Virus record (IMG/VR): IMGVR_UViG_3300030330_006468
Coordinates: 1 to 34,554 of that record
Length of the DNA stretch: 34,554 nucleotides
From: a virus
Lineage: Duplodnaviria > Caudoviricetes
Reading direction: 5' to 3' (one strand)
The position numbers and the translations under genes are program-made. The notes beneath the pieces were generated by a model, which was not told where the DNA came from, did not search any database, and worked only from the letters and a program-made list of their open reading frames with translations. The first letter of the stretch is position 1. Each line of letters starts with the position of its first letter. This document shows positions 15,386 to 25,012 of this stretch, piece after piece.

Positions 15386-15582
15386 TGAATCTTCAGCAAG
15401 TAGAATTAATTGAAAAACTTTCTAATAAGCTAGTAATTAAGGCTAAAAAAAACTTTGATCTAAATGAGTTTATTGAATCGACAAAGCTATTTATAGAGAT
15501 TGTTAAAACTCTTAATATTGACAATCAAGAAACTGATAATCATAATGTAGATGATAACATAGGAAGTGATAATGAACTATAA
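15385..15582 (+). CDS. Small hypothetical protein
   Basis: TAATG overlap with the TerL stop; 3' part overlaps a promoter and the portal start. Confidence 0.5.
   Translation: MNLQQVELIEKLSNKLVIKAKKNFDLNEFIESTKLFIEIVKTLNIDNQETDNHNVDDNIGSDNEL
15518..15546 (+). promoter_or_regulatory. Near-consensus sigma70 promoter for the portal/structural operon
   Basis: TTGACA (15518-15523), 17-bp spacer, CATAAT (15541-15546); 25 bp upstream of the portal ATG. Confidence 0.72.
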
Positions 15583-16987
15583 AGATAATCCAAAGCATTT
15601 AAGAGCCCTATATCCAAAGTTTAAACAATATGGAATAAGTGGAACTAGATTATCTTCTGGAGTTATCGCAGGATATGAACAAAATCCATCACTCACAAGT
15701 TATACATGGATCAAAGCAGCTGAAGAAATGCTTAGAACTGATCCTATTATTTCTCAAAGTTGGTACATACTAAAACAAACTTTACTTAGTGCAACTTGGA
15801 GATTTAAGCCCGGCATAGATGGAGATCCTTTAGCAGAAAAACTTTGTGATTATGCTAATCAAGCGTATGGATTCAATGGATATTCTGGACAAATGAGTAT
15901 TAGCTTTGAGGATCAGCTTTCTTATCTATTAGAATTTATTCCTTTAGGATATCGATATGCAGAAGAGATTTATAAATATGGATCTCTTGATAAAGATGGA
16001 AATCCTAGAGTTTGGCTTGATAGATATGCAGATAGAGAGCCTTCTTCTCATTATAAATGGTTATCAAGAGACAATCAGATTTTGGATGGAGTACTTCAGC
16101 AATCAACGGGATATACTAAAAATCCTGATCCTATTCCTGCAAATAAACTACTTTTACTAACATTAGGTAGGACTGGAAATAACTTTGAAGGTAAAGGATT
16201 ATTGCGGCCTATTTGGTGGTGTTGGAATGTAAAGCAAAAGACAGCAAATAGTTTAGCAATTGCCTTAGATCGATGGAGTATACCAACTCCAAAAATGACA
16301 GTGGATAGAAGTAAAGCAGAATTAGGAGGTTATTCTGATTCTGATATTGACGCAATGATAGAAGATGGAGAAGAGCAATTAAGAGCTTTTATTTCAGGTG
16401 AACAAAGCTATCTTATAGAAAATAGTTGCGTAACTTTTGATTCCTATGCTGCACAACCTAATTTATATTCCCAAGGTCCTAATGAAGTTATAAAATTAAT
16501 GGATAATCAAATCTCCCAAGGATTTAATACTCAATTTACTAACTTAGGAATTTCAGATACTGGAGCTAGATCAGTTGGCGAAGTACATGTTTCTATCTTT
16601 AGAAGATCAGCAATTAATTTATGTGATAGAGTAGCTTCTCAAATATCTGGAAAAGATAGAGCTGGAGGAGGTACAATTGGAAGATTAATTGGATTTAATT
16701 TTGGTTATGTTGATCCTTCAAGACTACCTAAATTAATACATGATGGACTTGATACTGATCATTTAGCAGAATCTCTTCAAATGATACCTAATTTAATTCA
16801 AAGTGGTTTATTAACTCCTACTGATTCAGATGAGCAAACTTTAAGGAATTTACTAGGCTTAAATGATTTACCTGAAAATGCTGAAAGATCTACTTTAGAA
16901 AGATCAGCTTCTAATCCTCAATCTGCTGGAGCTGCTTTATTAGCAGAACAATTAATTCAAAGGAAGCGATTAATAAAAAATGGTTAA
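15572..16987 (+). CDS. Portal protein (Mu gp29/DUF935-like)
   Basis: Follows TerL; GY...E..Y, N.EGKGLLRPI.W.W..K, DRWSIP.P and G.RSVGEVH motifs. Confidence 0.85.
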   Translation: MNYKDNPKHLRALYPKFKQYGISGTRLSSGVIAGYEQNPSLTSYTWIKAAEEMLRTDPIISQSWYILKQTLLSATWRFKPGIDGDPLAEKLCDYANQAYGFNGYSGQMSISFEDQLSYLLEFIPLGYRYAEEIYKYGSLDKDGNPRVWLDRYADREPSSHYKWLSRDNQILDGVLQQSTGYTKNPDPIPANKLLLLTLGRTGNNFEGKGLLRPIWWCWNVKQKTANSLAIALDRWSIPTPKMTVDRSKAELGGYSDSDIDAMIEDGEEQLRAFISGEQSYLIENSCVTFDSYAAQPNLYSQGPNEVIKLMDNQISQGFNTQFTNLGISDTGARSVGEVHVSIFRRSAINLCDRVASQISGKDRAGGGTIGRLIGFNFGYVDPSRLPKLIHDGLDTDHLAESLQMIPNLIQSGLLTPTDSDEQTLRNLLGLNDLPENAERSTLERSASNPQSAGAALLAEQLIQRKRLIKNG

Positions 16988-18938
16988 AAAGCTTAAAAAA
17001 AAGAAAACAAGTGCTCAAACTCCAGCACCCAAAAAAGACCAAATAAAAGGAAGTAAGAAAAATCCTAAAGCTTCAGCTTCAAGCTCAAGAGGATCTATTG
17101 AAGTTTCTGAAAAAACAGAGAAGGCATTAAAAAATTTAAGAGATGATCATAATAAAAAATATACAAGTAAATCTAAACAGGTTGACCTTGGGATATTAAA
17201 AGCAGTTTATAGAAGAGGAGCTGGAGCTTTTAGCACTTCTCATCGACCTAATGTGACAAGCAGGGATCAATGGAGCCTTGCTAGAGTTAAAGCTTTTTTA
17301 AAATTAGTAGGAACTGGAGAAAGAAAAAAATCATACAATTCAGATTTAGATTTATTGCCTAAAGGTCATCCACAAAAAAAAGAAAGTAATAAATTATCAA
17401 TTCCCCAAAAATACAGTCACATAGATTTTACTCCTCCAAAACAAGCACAAAAAAATGCAGAAAAAGCATTAGAAGAAAGATCAAAAAAACCTCCATCACA
17501 AAGAGGAATGACTAATACAGGAATAGCAAGAGCTAGAGATATTAAAAACGGAAAATCTTTAACTCCTGAAACGATTAAAAGAATGCTTTCATACTTCCAA
17601 AGACATGAAGTAGATAAAACAAGCTCAAGTTGGAATGATTACGGAAAAGGAAGGCAAGCTTGGAACGGTTGGGGGGGGGATGCTGCTTATTCTTGGGTCA
17701 AATCAGTAAAATCTAAAATGGATAAGGCAGATGATAAATTAAATTCTTTGAGTGAATTAATTCATTTAGGAGATATTGAAAAATATGAAAAATTAGATAA
17801 TGGATTAATAAAAGGAAAACCTTTTAAAACTTTGTCAATAGGTCAAGTTTCAAGTCGTCTTTCTGGAGAAAATATTGGAAGATCAATTGATCTAAAAATG
17901 TTAAAAGAGCTCAAAAGAGTATTTGATTCAACTAAAGAAAGTGATCCAGTAGTAATAGACTGGAATCATTCTAGCAGTCCGTTTAATAATGATTCTATTG
18001 CTCCTCCTGAAGTATCAAATCTATTGGGACAAATAATAGAAGTAGAAGTAAAGCCGGATGGATTATATGTAACTCCTGCTTATAACAATAGAGGATTATC
18101 TATTGTAAAATCTGCAGAAGGGTTGTTATGGTCTAGTCCAGAATATCAAGACGGAGAAGTTTTTTCGAGATCAGGAGGCTCTAAGATAGGAGAAGCTCAA
18201 TTATTAGCTGTAACCCTTACTCCTAGACCTGCTCAATCTCAAAATAAAATTGATCCTATAACATTATCCGAAAAATCAGAATTTAAGGAGAATTCTATGA
18301 ATGAAGATGATTTAAAAGAATTAGAAAAAGAAGCATTAGTTTCTATGGTTAAAGAACTTCAATCTCAAATTGAAGAAATGAAGGTTCAGAATAAAGTTGC
18401 TAAAGACTTAGATACTAAAAAAGAACTTGCAGAAGCTGAAAATGATAAAGAAAAAATGAATGAACTTGAAGAAAAGGAAAAGGAGAAAGAAAAAATGACT
18501 GAGAAAGATAAGCATTATAAAATGAGTGAATCAGATTACAACAAAATTAATTCCTTAAATGAAAAACTAGTTTCTCTTAATGAGCAAGTAAAAAAGCTTA
18601 CTATTGAGAATAATCAAATCAAAGAAGATGAAGCTATTAATCGTTTGCTGAGTGAAGGTAAAATTACTCCTGCTCAAGAAAAGATTGCAAGAGAAGCATT
18701 CACTGTTAAAGATCTTCATCCAGTATTTTGGGAGGATTTAAATAATCGTCCTACGAATTCAGAAGTAAATTTTTCTGCAGTTGGACATAGTTCTCATTCT
18801 GAAGAAATTACAAAGCATTCTATTGATAAAAAAATCTCTTTATTATCAGAAGAAAAAAATATTCCTTATGGAGAAGCGTTAACTTTATTTAGATTACAAA
18901 ATAAAGAAGAATATGCTCAAGCAATGAAACGAGGTTAA
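16980..18938 (+). CDS. Capsid maturation protease (Mu gpI-like) with a long basic N-terminal extension and C-terminal scaffold
   Basis: PVVIDWNH, DGLY, WSSPEY and LLAVTLTPRPA protease motifs; charged coiled-coil C-terminus with EGKITPA. Confidence 0.85.
   Translation: MVKKLKKKKTSAQTPAPKKDQIKGSKKNPKASASSSRGSIEVSEKTEKALKNLRDDHNKKYTSKSKQVDLGILKAVYRRGAGAFSTSHRPNVTSRDQWSLARVKAFLKLVGTGERKKSYNSDLDLLPKGHPQKKESNKLSIPQKYSHIDFTPPKQAQKNAEKALEERSKKPPSQRGMTNTGIARARDIKNGKSLTPETIKRMLSYFQRHEVDKTSSSWNDYGKGRQAWNGWGGDAAYSWVKSVKSKMDKADDKLNSLSELIHLGDIEKYEKLDNGLIKGKPFKTLSIGQVSSRLSGENIGRSIDLKMLKELKRVFDSTKESDPVVIDWNHSSSPFNNDSIAPPEVSNLLGQIIEVEVKPDGLYVTPAYNNRGLSIVKSAEGLLWSSPEYQDGEVFSRSGGSKIGEAQLLAVTLTPRPAQSQNKIDPITLSEKSEFKENSMNEDDLKELEKEALVSMVKELQSQIEEMKVQNKVAKDLDTKKELAEAENDKEKMNELEEKEKEKEKMTEKDKHYKMSESDYNKINSLNEKLVSLNEQVKKLTIENNQIKEDEAINRLLSEGKITPAQEKIAREAFTVKDLHPVFWEDLNNRPTNSEVNFSAVGHSSHSEEITKHSIDKKISLLSEEKNIPYGEALTLFRLQNKEEYAQAMKRG
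18297..18938 (+). CDS. Scaffold protein from an internal in-frame start (Mu gpZ-like), 213 aa
   Basis: AAGGAG-N6-ATG, in frame, at the protease/coiled-coil boundary. Confidence 0.65.
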   Translation: MNEDDLKELEKEALVSMVKELQSQIEEMKVQNKVAKDLDTKKELAEAENDKEKMNELEEKEKEKEKMTEKDKHYKMSESDYNKINSLNEKLVSLNEQVKKLTIENNQIKEDEAINRLLSEGKITPAQEKIAREAFTVKDLHPVFWEDLNNRPTNSEVNFSAVGHSSHSEEITKHSIDKKISLLSEEKNIPYGEALTLFRLQNKEEYAQAMKRG

Positions 18939-18941
18939 AAA

Positions 18942-19331
18942 ATGTCAAATTATGAAGATACAAGAAGCTGTATTGCTGATGGAGCAATTACACAATATAC
19001 ACTAGTATCAACTACTTCAGCAGGGAAAGTCTCCACAACTGGAGGAGCTAGTGAGGATAATTGTTATGGAATTGCACAGCAAACAGTTGCAGATGGAGAA
19101 CCCGTTAATGTTCAGTTTATGGGAGAATCTTGGGTGCAAGCTGGAGCAGCAATAAATCATTTTGCAAATAAGCCATTATTACAAGCTGCTGCAAATGGTC
19201 AAGTAGTACCTCATAGTGGAGCAGGTAACTATTCAGTATGTCAAGCAGTGCCTAATATCAATCAACCTTCAGCCAATGCTCAAGGTGAATTAATTAGAGT
19301 CAAATTTACAGGACCTCAAAATAAACTATAA
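18942..19331 (+). CDS. Capsid decoration/cement protein (DUF2190-like)
   Basis: Between scaffold and MCP; A..AI..Y..V......GIA......GEPV.V...G...V.AGAAI. Confidence 0.7.
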   Translation: MSNYEDTRSCIADGAITQYTLVSTTSAGKVSTTGGASEDNCYGIAQQTVADGEPVNVQFMGESWVQAGAAINHFANKPLLQAAANGQVVPHSGAGNYSVCQAVPNINQPSANAQGELIRVKFTGPQNKL

Positions 19332-19348
19332 TATAGGAGTATAGAATT

Positions 19349-20356
19349 ATGGCATTCCGTTATTCAAGCATTCATCCAGTTGATCCAATTCTTACTAATT
19401 TTGTATCATCTTCAATTCCAAATGATGAATTAATTTGCAAAGATGTATGCGAAACAATCAAAGTTAATCAAGAAAGTGGAACTATTTTAGTAGAGAATAC
19501 CCGCAACTTTATGGGTGCTCCAGAAATTAATCCTAAAAGAGCTAATGGAGCACCTAGAGCAAAGCTAGTACAGTTTGAAAGATCTAGTTTAACTTATAGA
19601 ACTGAAAATTACGCTTTAGAAGGTAAAATTTCATTTCAAGATATAGCTATTTCTCAATTTCCTCAAAGTGAAGAGCAAAGACTTGCTAGACAACTCACTA
19701 GAGCTTTATTATTAGATAAAGAGAAAAGGTTTGCAGATACCTTTTTTAATACAGGTGTATTTACTAATACAAATACTTGTACTAATATTATGAGCGGGAA
19801 AATTGATGCTGCTGGAGTTGACGCTTTAACCGGATTAGATCAAGTTAAAGAATTAGTAAGATCTTCTGCACATGGTTTACATGCAGATACTTTAATTATT
19901 GGATATGCAACTGCAAGAGCTTTGGCAAGAAATCCAGAACTTAGATCTTATATTACAGTAGGAAATGCTCCTTCTGGAATTGCTTCTGGAGGCACTGGAG
20001 TTTTATCTGATCAAGCAATGATTGAAGTTATTAAAGCTCAATTAAATATTCCTAATGTTTATATTGGAAGTGCTCGAAGAGAAACGGCAATGCCTGGAGT
20101 CACTTCTTCAGAGGCTCAAATCTGGACTGATACATCTTTATTTATGGGAATTCTAAAAGGAAGTGATGCTGTAACCCAAACTACTGGAAATGTAAAAGCA
20201 ATGCCTACTGCAGCTATTTTTCTTGAAGAGACTCCTTTACAATCCGGTCAATTTGATGATCCAAACGGAATTAACACAAATATTTATGTAGAAAATAAAA
20301 ATCAACTTAAAGTAATAGATCCTAATCTAGGCTTTATTGTCACTGCTTGCTTATAA
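19349..20356 (+). CDS. Major capsid protein (HK97 fold, lambda gpE-like)
   Basis: Position and size (335 aa); VDPILTN at the N-terminus, L..EKR.A, C-terminal GF; strong AGGAG SD. Confidence 0.85.
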   Translation: MAFRYSSIHPVDPILTNFVSSSIPNDELICKDVCETIKVNQESGTILVENTRNFMGAPEINPKRANGAPRAKLVQFERSSLTYRTENYALEGKISFQDIAISQFPQSEEQRLARQLTRALLLDKEKRFADTFFNTGVFTNTNTCTNIMSGKIDAAGVDALTGLDQVKELVRSSAHGLHADTLIIGYATARALARNPELRSYITVGNAPSGIASGGTGVLSDQAMIEVIKAQLNIPNVYIGSARRETAMPGVTSSEAQIWTDTSLFMGILKGSDAVTQTTGNVKAMPTAAIFLEETPLQSGQFDDPNGINTNIYVENKNQLKVIDPNLGFIVTACL

Positions 20357-20373
20357 TCTAAAAAGTTGGTTTT

Positions 20374-21276
20374 ATGTGCTCCAATCATCAATCATCTATA
20401 ATATCATTGTCAGAATCTGAAGGTGATAAAAAAGCACTTGAAGAGATGAGGGCACTTTTAAAAAAACAAACTGGAGTAAGAGCTGAAATTACAAAATCTA
20501 AAATCTTAGAGCTCGAAACACAAATAAAAGCAGAAAAAAAAATGAAATCTTCTTTAGAATCTTCTAGAAAGAGTTTCATAAAAAATCTTAAAGGAATTGT
20601 TAATAATTCAGGACCTTCAGCAGTATTATCATTAAATAATGATGACATGACTTCTTTAGTTTTAAATGGAGGATATGCTGAAGCAGTTGACGAATTTATA
20701 GATCAATCTGAAAAAATAGCGAAAGTGGCTCAAGCTTCTTTTATAGAAACTGAAGTAATACAAACTCCAAATTTCATTATAGATATGATGAAAAAAGCAG
20801 CGACTAAAAGAATCTTTGATGATCTAGTTTTACCTAAAGTTACAGCTGGAGTCACTAATGCTATGATTGGAATGAGTTTAGGAGAACCATTAAGCCAATC
20901 TATGTCTTCACTTGCTCAGAGTTTAGAGCAAGCTGAAGGAAGGCAGTTAACGGAAATTAATACAGAAATTTCAATGTATGGAAGGGGAATAACTGCTTCC
21001 ATAGCTGAAGCAGCTGGATTAAACTTTTATTTATATACTGGTCCAGAAGATGGAATTACTAGGGATTTTTGTTCAGCTTTAGTTAATAAAGTTGTAAGCG
21101 ATAAACAACTATCTCAATTAAATAATAGGCAAGGTTTATCCGTAAAAACTTCATTAGGTGGATATAATTGTAGACATAGTTTAAGCCCTGTTTCAGAAGG
21201 ATTTATTCAAGCTGCTAAACTAAAAAAAGCAACTAAAAAAGATATTTCAGATGCTAATGCAGGAGCTAGAAAATGA
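20374..21276 (+). CDS. Head morphogenesis / minor capsid protein (SPP1 gp7/Mu gpF-like)
   Basis: YLYTGP.D..TR.FC...GGYNCRH. Confidence 0.78.
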   Translation: MCSNHQSSIISLSESEGDKKALEEMRALLKKQTGVRAEITKSKILELETQIKAEKKMKSSLESSRKSFIKNLKGIVNNSGPSAVLSLNNDDMTSLVLNGGYAEAVDEFIDQSEKIAKVAQASFIETEVIQTPNFIIDMMKKAATKRIFDDLVLPKVTAGVTNAMIGMSLGEPLSQSMSSLAQSLEQAEGRQLTEINTEISMYGRGITASIAEAAGLNFYLYTGPEDGITRDFCSALVNKVVSDKQLSQLNNRQGLSVKTSLGGYNCRHSLSPVSEGFIQAAKLKKATKKDISDANAGARK

Positions 21277-22223
21277 TAAAAGCAATTACAGGAAAAGACT
21301 ATACTTTTGAATGGAATGCTCCAGCTCCTTTAAATGGACTTCCTTCTATAACTTTTAAAGCATCATCTACAGTTACTAGTAATATGACTCATAGCAGAAA
21401 TGACATTAATGTAACTGGAATTGCTAATGATAGACGAACTTTAACTATAAATAATTCTTCATCTCTTGAAAGTGATCAAGTAAAAGCATTCTTAAAAACA
21501 GATGGAGATTCTTTTTATCCAGTTAAAATAAATCGTATAGTAGGAACTTCAGCTGTTTTATCTGATCCACTTCCGAGAGAAATAGATTTATCTTCTAATG
21601 CTATCATTGAATTTGCAATGTATTATTACACTGCATCTTCTTTAGATGTAACTTCAATAAGTGGAACTTATGAATATGAAGTTTCTTATGTTTCAGATCT
21701 AGGACAAAACACACAAAATAAGATTGAAAAGGGAGTGATTAAAGTTACTCCTAGACCTTTTAACACTGGATTAAGTCATGATATACTTGTAGATCAATTC
21801 TCTAATTTATCTGATTTAATTCCTAGAAGACAAGCTGATTTTAATCCTCAAATCTCTTCATCTTTAAACGAATTATCTTTAATGTTAAGAGATCGATTAT
21901 CAAATAAATCCGTAACTGAAGATGAAATATTTAATACTTCTTCTTTTGAGTTATCTCATGCTTATCTTGCAGCTTCTAAAATATACGAGATGAATCTACA
22001 GCTAGATATATCAGAGTATTATTATAATAAAGCAATTGAAAATTTAGAGTTAGCTTTGAGGACGGTTGATTTAGATTTGGATGGTGATGGAATTATAGAT
22101 GATGGAGAATTAAATATTGAAGTATCAGGAGGCAAATCTTCAGATCTTAGAGCAAGCTGGAAATCTTATATTAAATCAGATTATGATAAAAGCTTTACTC
22201 CTAAAAGAGGAATGAGACATTAA
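21273..22223 (+). CDS. Probable head-tail adaptor with a beta-rich N-terminal extension
   Basis: Position; helical C-terminal half; DLDGDGIIDDGE loop. Confidence 0.55.
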   Translation: MIKAITGKDYTFEWNAPAPLNGLPSITFKASSTVTSNMTHSRNDINVTGIANDRRTLTINNSSSLESDQVKAFLKTDGDSFYPVKINRIVGTSAVLSDPLPREIDLSSNAIIEFAMYYYTASSLDVTSISGTYEYEVSYVSDLGQNTQNKIEKGVIKVTPRPFNTGLSHDILVDQFSNLSDLIPRRQADFNPQISSSLNELSLMLRDRLSNKSVTEDEIFNTSSFELSHAYLAASKIYEMNLQLDISEYYYNKAIENLELALRTVDLDLDGDGIIDDGELNIEVSGGKSSDLRASWKSYIKSDYDKSFTPKRGMRH

Positions 22224-22739
22224 ATGAGTGTTAAGCTTAAATTAAATCTTCCTTCTTCAGTATGGACTGCTCAAGACTCCTCTATTTTAGCATTGAATAC
22301 TTTAGCTAGCATTAAACTAAGAACATCTAAAGGAATTAGTTCAGAGAATAAAAAGTTTAAAGAATATTCTACTAATCCTCTTTATGTATCGTTTAAAGGA
22401 GCTCGATTAAAACCAAAGGGAGGAGTTAAATCTTCTACTGGAGATAGTGTTTTTTATCAAGATGGATATAAACAATATAAACATGACTCCAGAAAAAGAG
22501 GAAAGTCTTCTAAATCTGCTGAAGTCGATTTAGTTTTATCAGGTCAATTAATGAATAACCTTGTAGTATTAGAAGCTACAAATACAGGATTTAAAATAGG
22601 ATTAACTAAACATGTTAGGCACTATGGATATGATGTTAATTTAGAACGGCCTTTTATTGGATTGACTAAAAAAGATACTCAGATACTTATTGATAGTGTA
22701 GCAATAGATATTAAAAATAAACTGGAGGCTAAAAGATGA
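22224..22739 (+). CDS. Neck / virion morphogenesis protein (Mu gpG-like)
   Basis: VDLVLSGQLM...RPFIGL motifs; basic. Confidence 0.7.
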   Translation: MSVKLKLNLPSSVWTAQDSSILALNTLASIKLRTSKGISSENKKFKEYSTNPLYVSFKGARLKPKGGVKSSTGDSVFYQDGYKQYKHDSRKRGKSSKSAEVDLVLSGQLMNNLVVLEATNTGFKIGLTKHVRHYGYDVNLERPFIGLTKKDTQILIDSVAIDIKNKLEAKR

Positions 22740-23203
22740 GCAGGGGAATTTTTAAATCTATTGAATACATAAAAAACATGATAGAGGAAATTCTTCCTAA
22801 AACTGATTCCCATCATGGTTTTATTTGTGTAAATGATGGAACTGGATTAGTTACAAATTTAAGAGATAGATTTGAATCTCAAAGGGAATTTATTTTAAAG
22901 ATAATAGGATTTCCTAAAGATGATGGATCAACCGGCCTTAGTGCAAGAAAAAGAATTTCTGTAGAAGTGCAAATCATGTATTCTTTACCTAAAGATAATG
23001 GATTTAGAGATTTAATGATAACTGAAGATACATCTAAAGTTATAGATAAAATTAAAGGTCCAGAGTATGATTTTAATAATACTGGAATTGTTTCTTTAGA
23101 ACTTTTATCACCATCAAGAGTAGAAAATATTAATGATGCAAACGGAGCATTTTTAGCAGATATATTAATTCTTCCTTTTGACTTACTTTACTTGGAGCAA
23201 TAA
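22736..23203 (+). CDS. Probable tail terminator/completion protein
   Basis: 155 aa directly before the tail tube gene; call is by synteny only. Confidence 0.5.
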   Translation: MSRGIFKSIEYIKNMIEEILPKTDSHHGFICVNDGTGLVTNLRDRFESQREFILKIIGFPKDDGSTGLSARKRISVEVQIMYSLPKDNGFRDLMITEDTSKVIDKIKGPEYDFNNTGIVSLELLSPSRVENINDANGAFLADILILPFDLLYLEQ

Positions 23204-23205
23204 TA

Positions 23206-24495
23206 ATGGCAGTTACTCACAGAAGCATATCTTTTGTAAAAGAAACAAGCTTTGGATCTTTATCTAATTCTACTAATTTACCAGATCATTCAAGCTATAC
23301 TTATGTGTCTTTTCCTTGCGAAATGGACCCAATTATTTTATATGGAGAGCCTATTGTTTCAGAAAGAAATGATACAAAAGATGGATCATATTTTATTCCT
23401 GCTGAACCTGATACCGTTTATAATTCAAATGGAGATAGAGTAAGAAGGAGAGCAGGACAAGTTCAAATTAGGCTAGATCTTCAAACTATAGGAACAGCAG
23501 CAAATAATTATACATCTAATTATCTTGGAGCTCTTTTAGGATCAGGATTTAAAACTCGGATTTCTGATTTGACTTCTGCAAATGTTACCAATGTAACAAA
23601 TCAAAATGAATTCACTGTAGCCGGCCCTTCTGCTAATGATATTGGGACTTTGTTAAGTTCTATCATTAATGGAAAAGTAGAATATTCAGCAATTACTGAA
23701 GTAACTGGAAATGATATTAAAGTTTCTCCTGCTTTTTCTGCTGGATTTACTGGAACTCCTACTGTTTATGGAACACAAACTTGGTATCCTGGAAGTAGAA
23801 CAGAAACAGGATCTAAAGGAGACTCTTTAAGCTTTAGAATTGATGGAGTTAATTTTAGAACTTATGCTTATGGTTGTGTTTTAGAAAGTTTATCGATCAG
23901 CTTAGATAATGGAAGATGGATAGCAGATATGACTTTTCAGAGTGCTTGCATTCAAGATGATCATGTAAATGCAAGTGGTCCAGTAGAGCCGGTTTATAAT
24001 ATTGGAGCTCCTCCATTTTTCAGAAATTCCTATGTAGTTTTATCTACCACTTCGCCAACTAGCTTAACTAATGCCTCTTCAGGAGATACTTTAGCAAGAC
24101 TAGAATTAGATTGTGAAGATTTCACTTGTACAATTACAAATACTTTAACACCTTTAGCAAATAGTGAATCTATTCTAGGAATGTCTAATTATGATATTTC
24201 TAATGTAGATGTAGAGCTAAATCTTACTTTATCAACTGTCAATACTGCAATTCAAGACGACTTTTTTAAAAGAGCAGTCAAGCAAGTGATTGTCGGAAGT
24301 GGTCCTGGAGGGGATGGAAAAGGAGCTGCTATTATGATTCCTGCAGCAATGCTTACTAATGATCCTTCTGCTTATGATGTATCTGGAAATGATATAGTAA
24401 GACAAACTTTAAACTACAAACAATCAAGATTTGGAGGAGATACATTAGAAACTAATGCTGGAAATTCTCCTTTTAGAATTAGCTTAGGAATTTAA
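23206..24495 (+). CDS. Major tail tube protein
   Basis: KETSFG at the N-terminus, YGCV..SLSIS, F...ITN.L; upstream of the chaperone and tape measure. Confidence 0.75.
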   Translation: MAVTHRSISFVKETSFGSLSNSTNLPDHSSYTYVSFPCEMDPIILYGEPIVSERNDTKDGSYFIPAEPDTVYNSNGDRVRRRAGQVQIRLDLQTIGTAANNYTSNYLGALLGSGFKTRISDLTSANVTNVTNQNEFTVAGPSANDIGTLLSSIINGKVEYSAITEVTGNDIKVSPAFSAGFTGTPTVYGTQTWYPGSRTETGSKGDSLSFRIDGVNFRTYAYGCVLESLSISLDNGRWIADMTFQSACIQDDHVNASGPVEPVYNIGAPPFFRNSYVVLSTTSPTSLTNASSGDTLARLELDCEDFTCTITNTLTPLANSESILGMSNYDISNVDVELNLTLSTVNTAIQDDFFKRAVKQVIVGSGPGGDGKGAAIMIPAAMLTNDPSAYDVSGNDIVRQTLNYKQSRFGGDTLETNAGNSPFRISLGI

Positions 24496-24496
24496 A

Positions 24497-25012
24497 ATGT
24501 TAAACTTTTCAACCACAACTAAAACACATTTTAATATTGTTCTATCTTGCGATACTTCTGTAAACATGACTGAAGATCAAAAAAATAAATATTTAGAAAC
24601 TGGATCATTAGAAGGAATTGAAGTAAGTAATGATGTTTCATGGATCACTTTAAGGCCCTTATCACTACAAGATAGAGAGCAAGCAGAAATTAAAGCTGGA
24701 TCATTTAAAAAATCGGAATTAGGAAGAATGTTGTGGAGTGAATATCATGACATAAAAAACCTAAAAGATAGAGCTTACTATCATGATAAGCTTTCTGAGT
24801 TTGAAAGAGAAGCCATAGCTAAATATGATCAATATCTTAATGAATGCTATAAAGAGCTAGTAAAAGCTTCATTAGTATCTATTAATGATAAGCCTGCTTT
24901 ATTTGAAGAGACGATTAATATTTTATCTCCTGAATCCTCCAGAGTATCAGCAATCACTGAAATAGTTATTCATGTAACTAGAGAAAGTACTTTGAATAAC
25001 TTGGGAAAATAG
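24497..25012 (+). CDS. Tail assembly chaperone (gpG equivalent)
   Basis: Between tail tube and tape measure; ends in the slippery site TTG GGA AAA TAG. Confidence 0.8.
   Translation: MLNFSTTTKTHFNIVLSCDTSVNMTEDQKNKYLETGSLEGIEVSNDVSWITLRPLSLQDREQAEIKAGSFKKSELGRMLWSEYHDIKNLKDRAYYHDKLSEFEREAIAKYDQYLNECYKELVKASLVSINDKPALFEETINILSPESSRVSAITEIVIHVTRESTLNNLGK

Noticed and set aside
15957-16160. Alternate-frame ORF inside the portal gene
   Set aside because: No SD; composition is typical of an off-frame read of AT-rich code
20388-20648. Minus-strand ORF inside the head morphogenesis gene
   Set aside because: Antisense shadow
23252-23443. Alternate-frame ORF inside the tail tube gene
   Set aside because: TTG start, no SD, off-frame composition
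24509-24518. TCAACCACAA match to the sRNA seed early in the tail chaperone gene
   Set aside because: A single 10-nt match in coding sequence; could be chance in an AT-rich 34-kb genome
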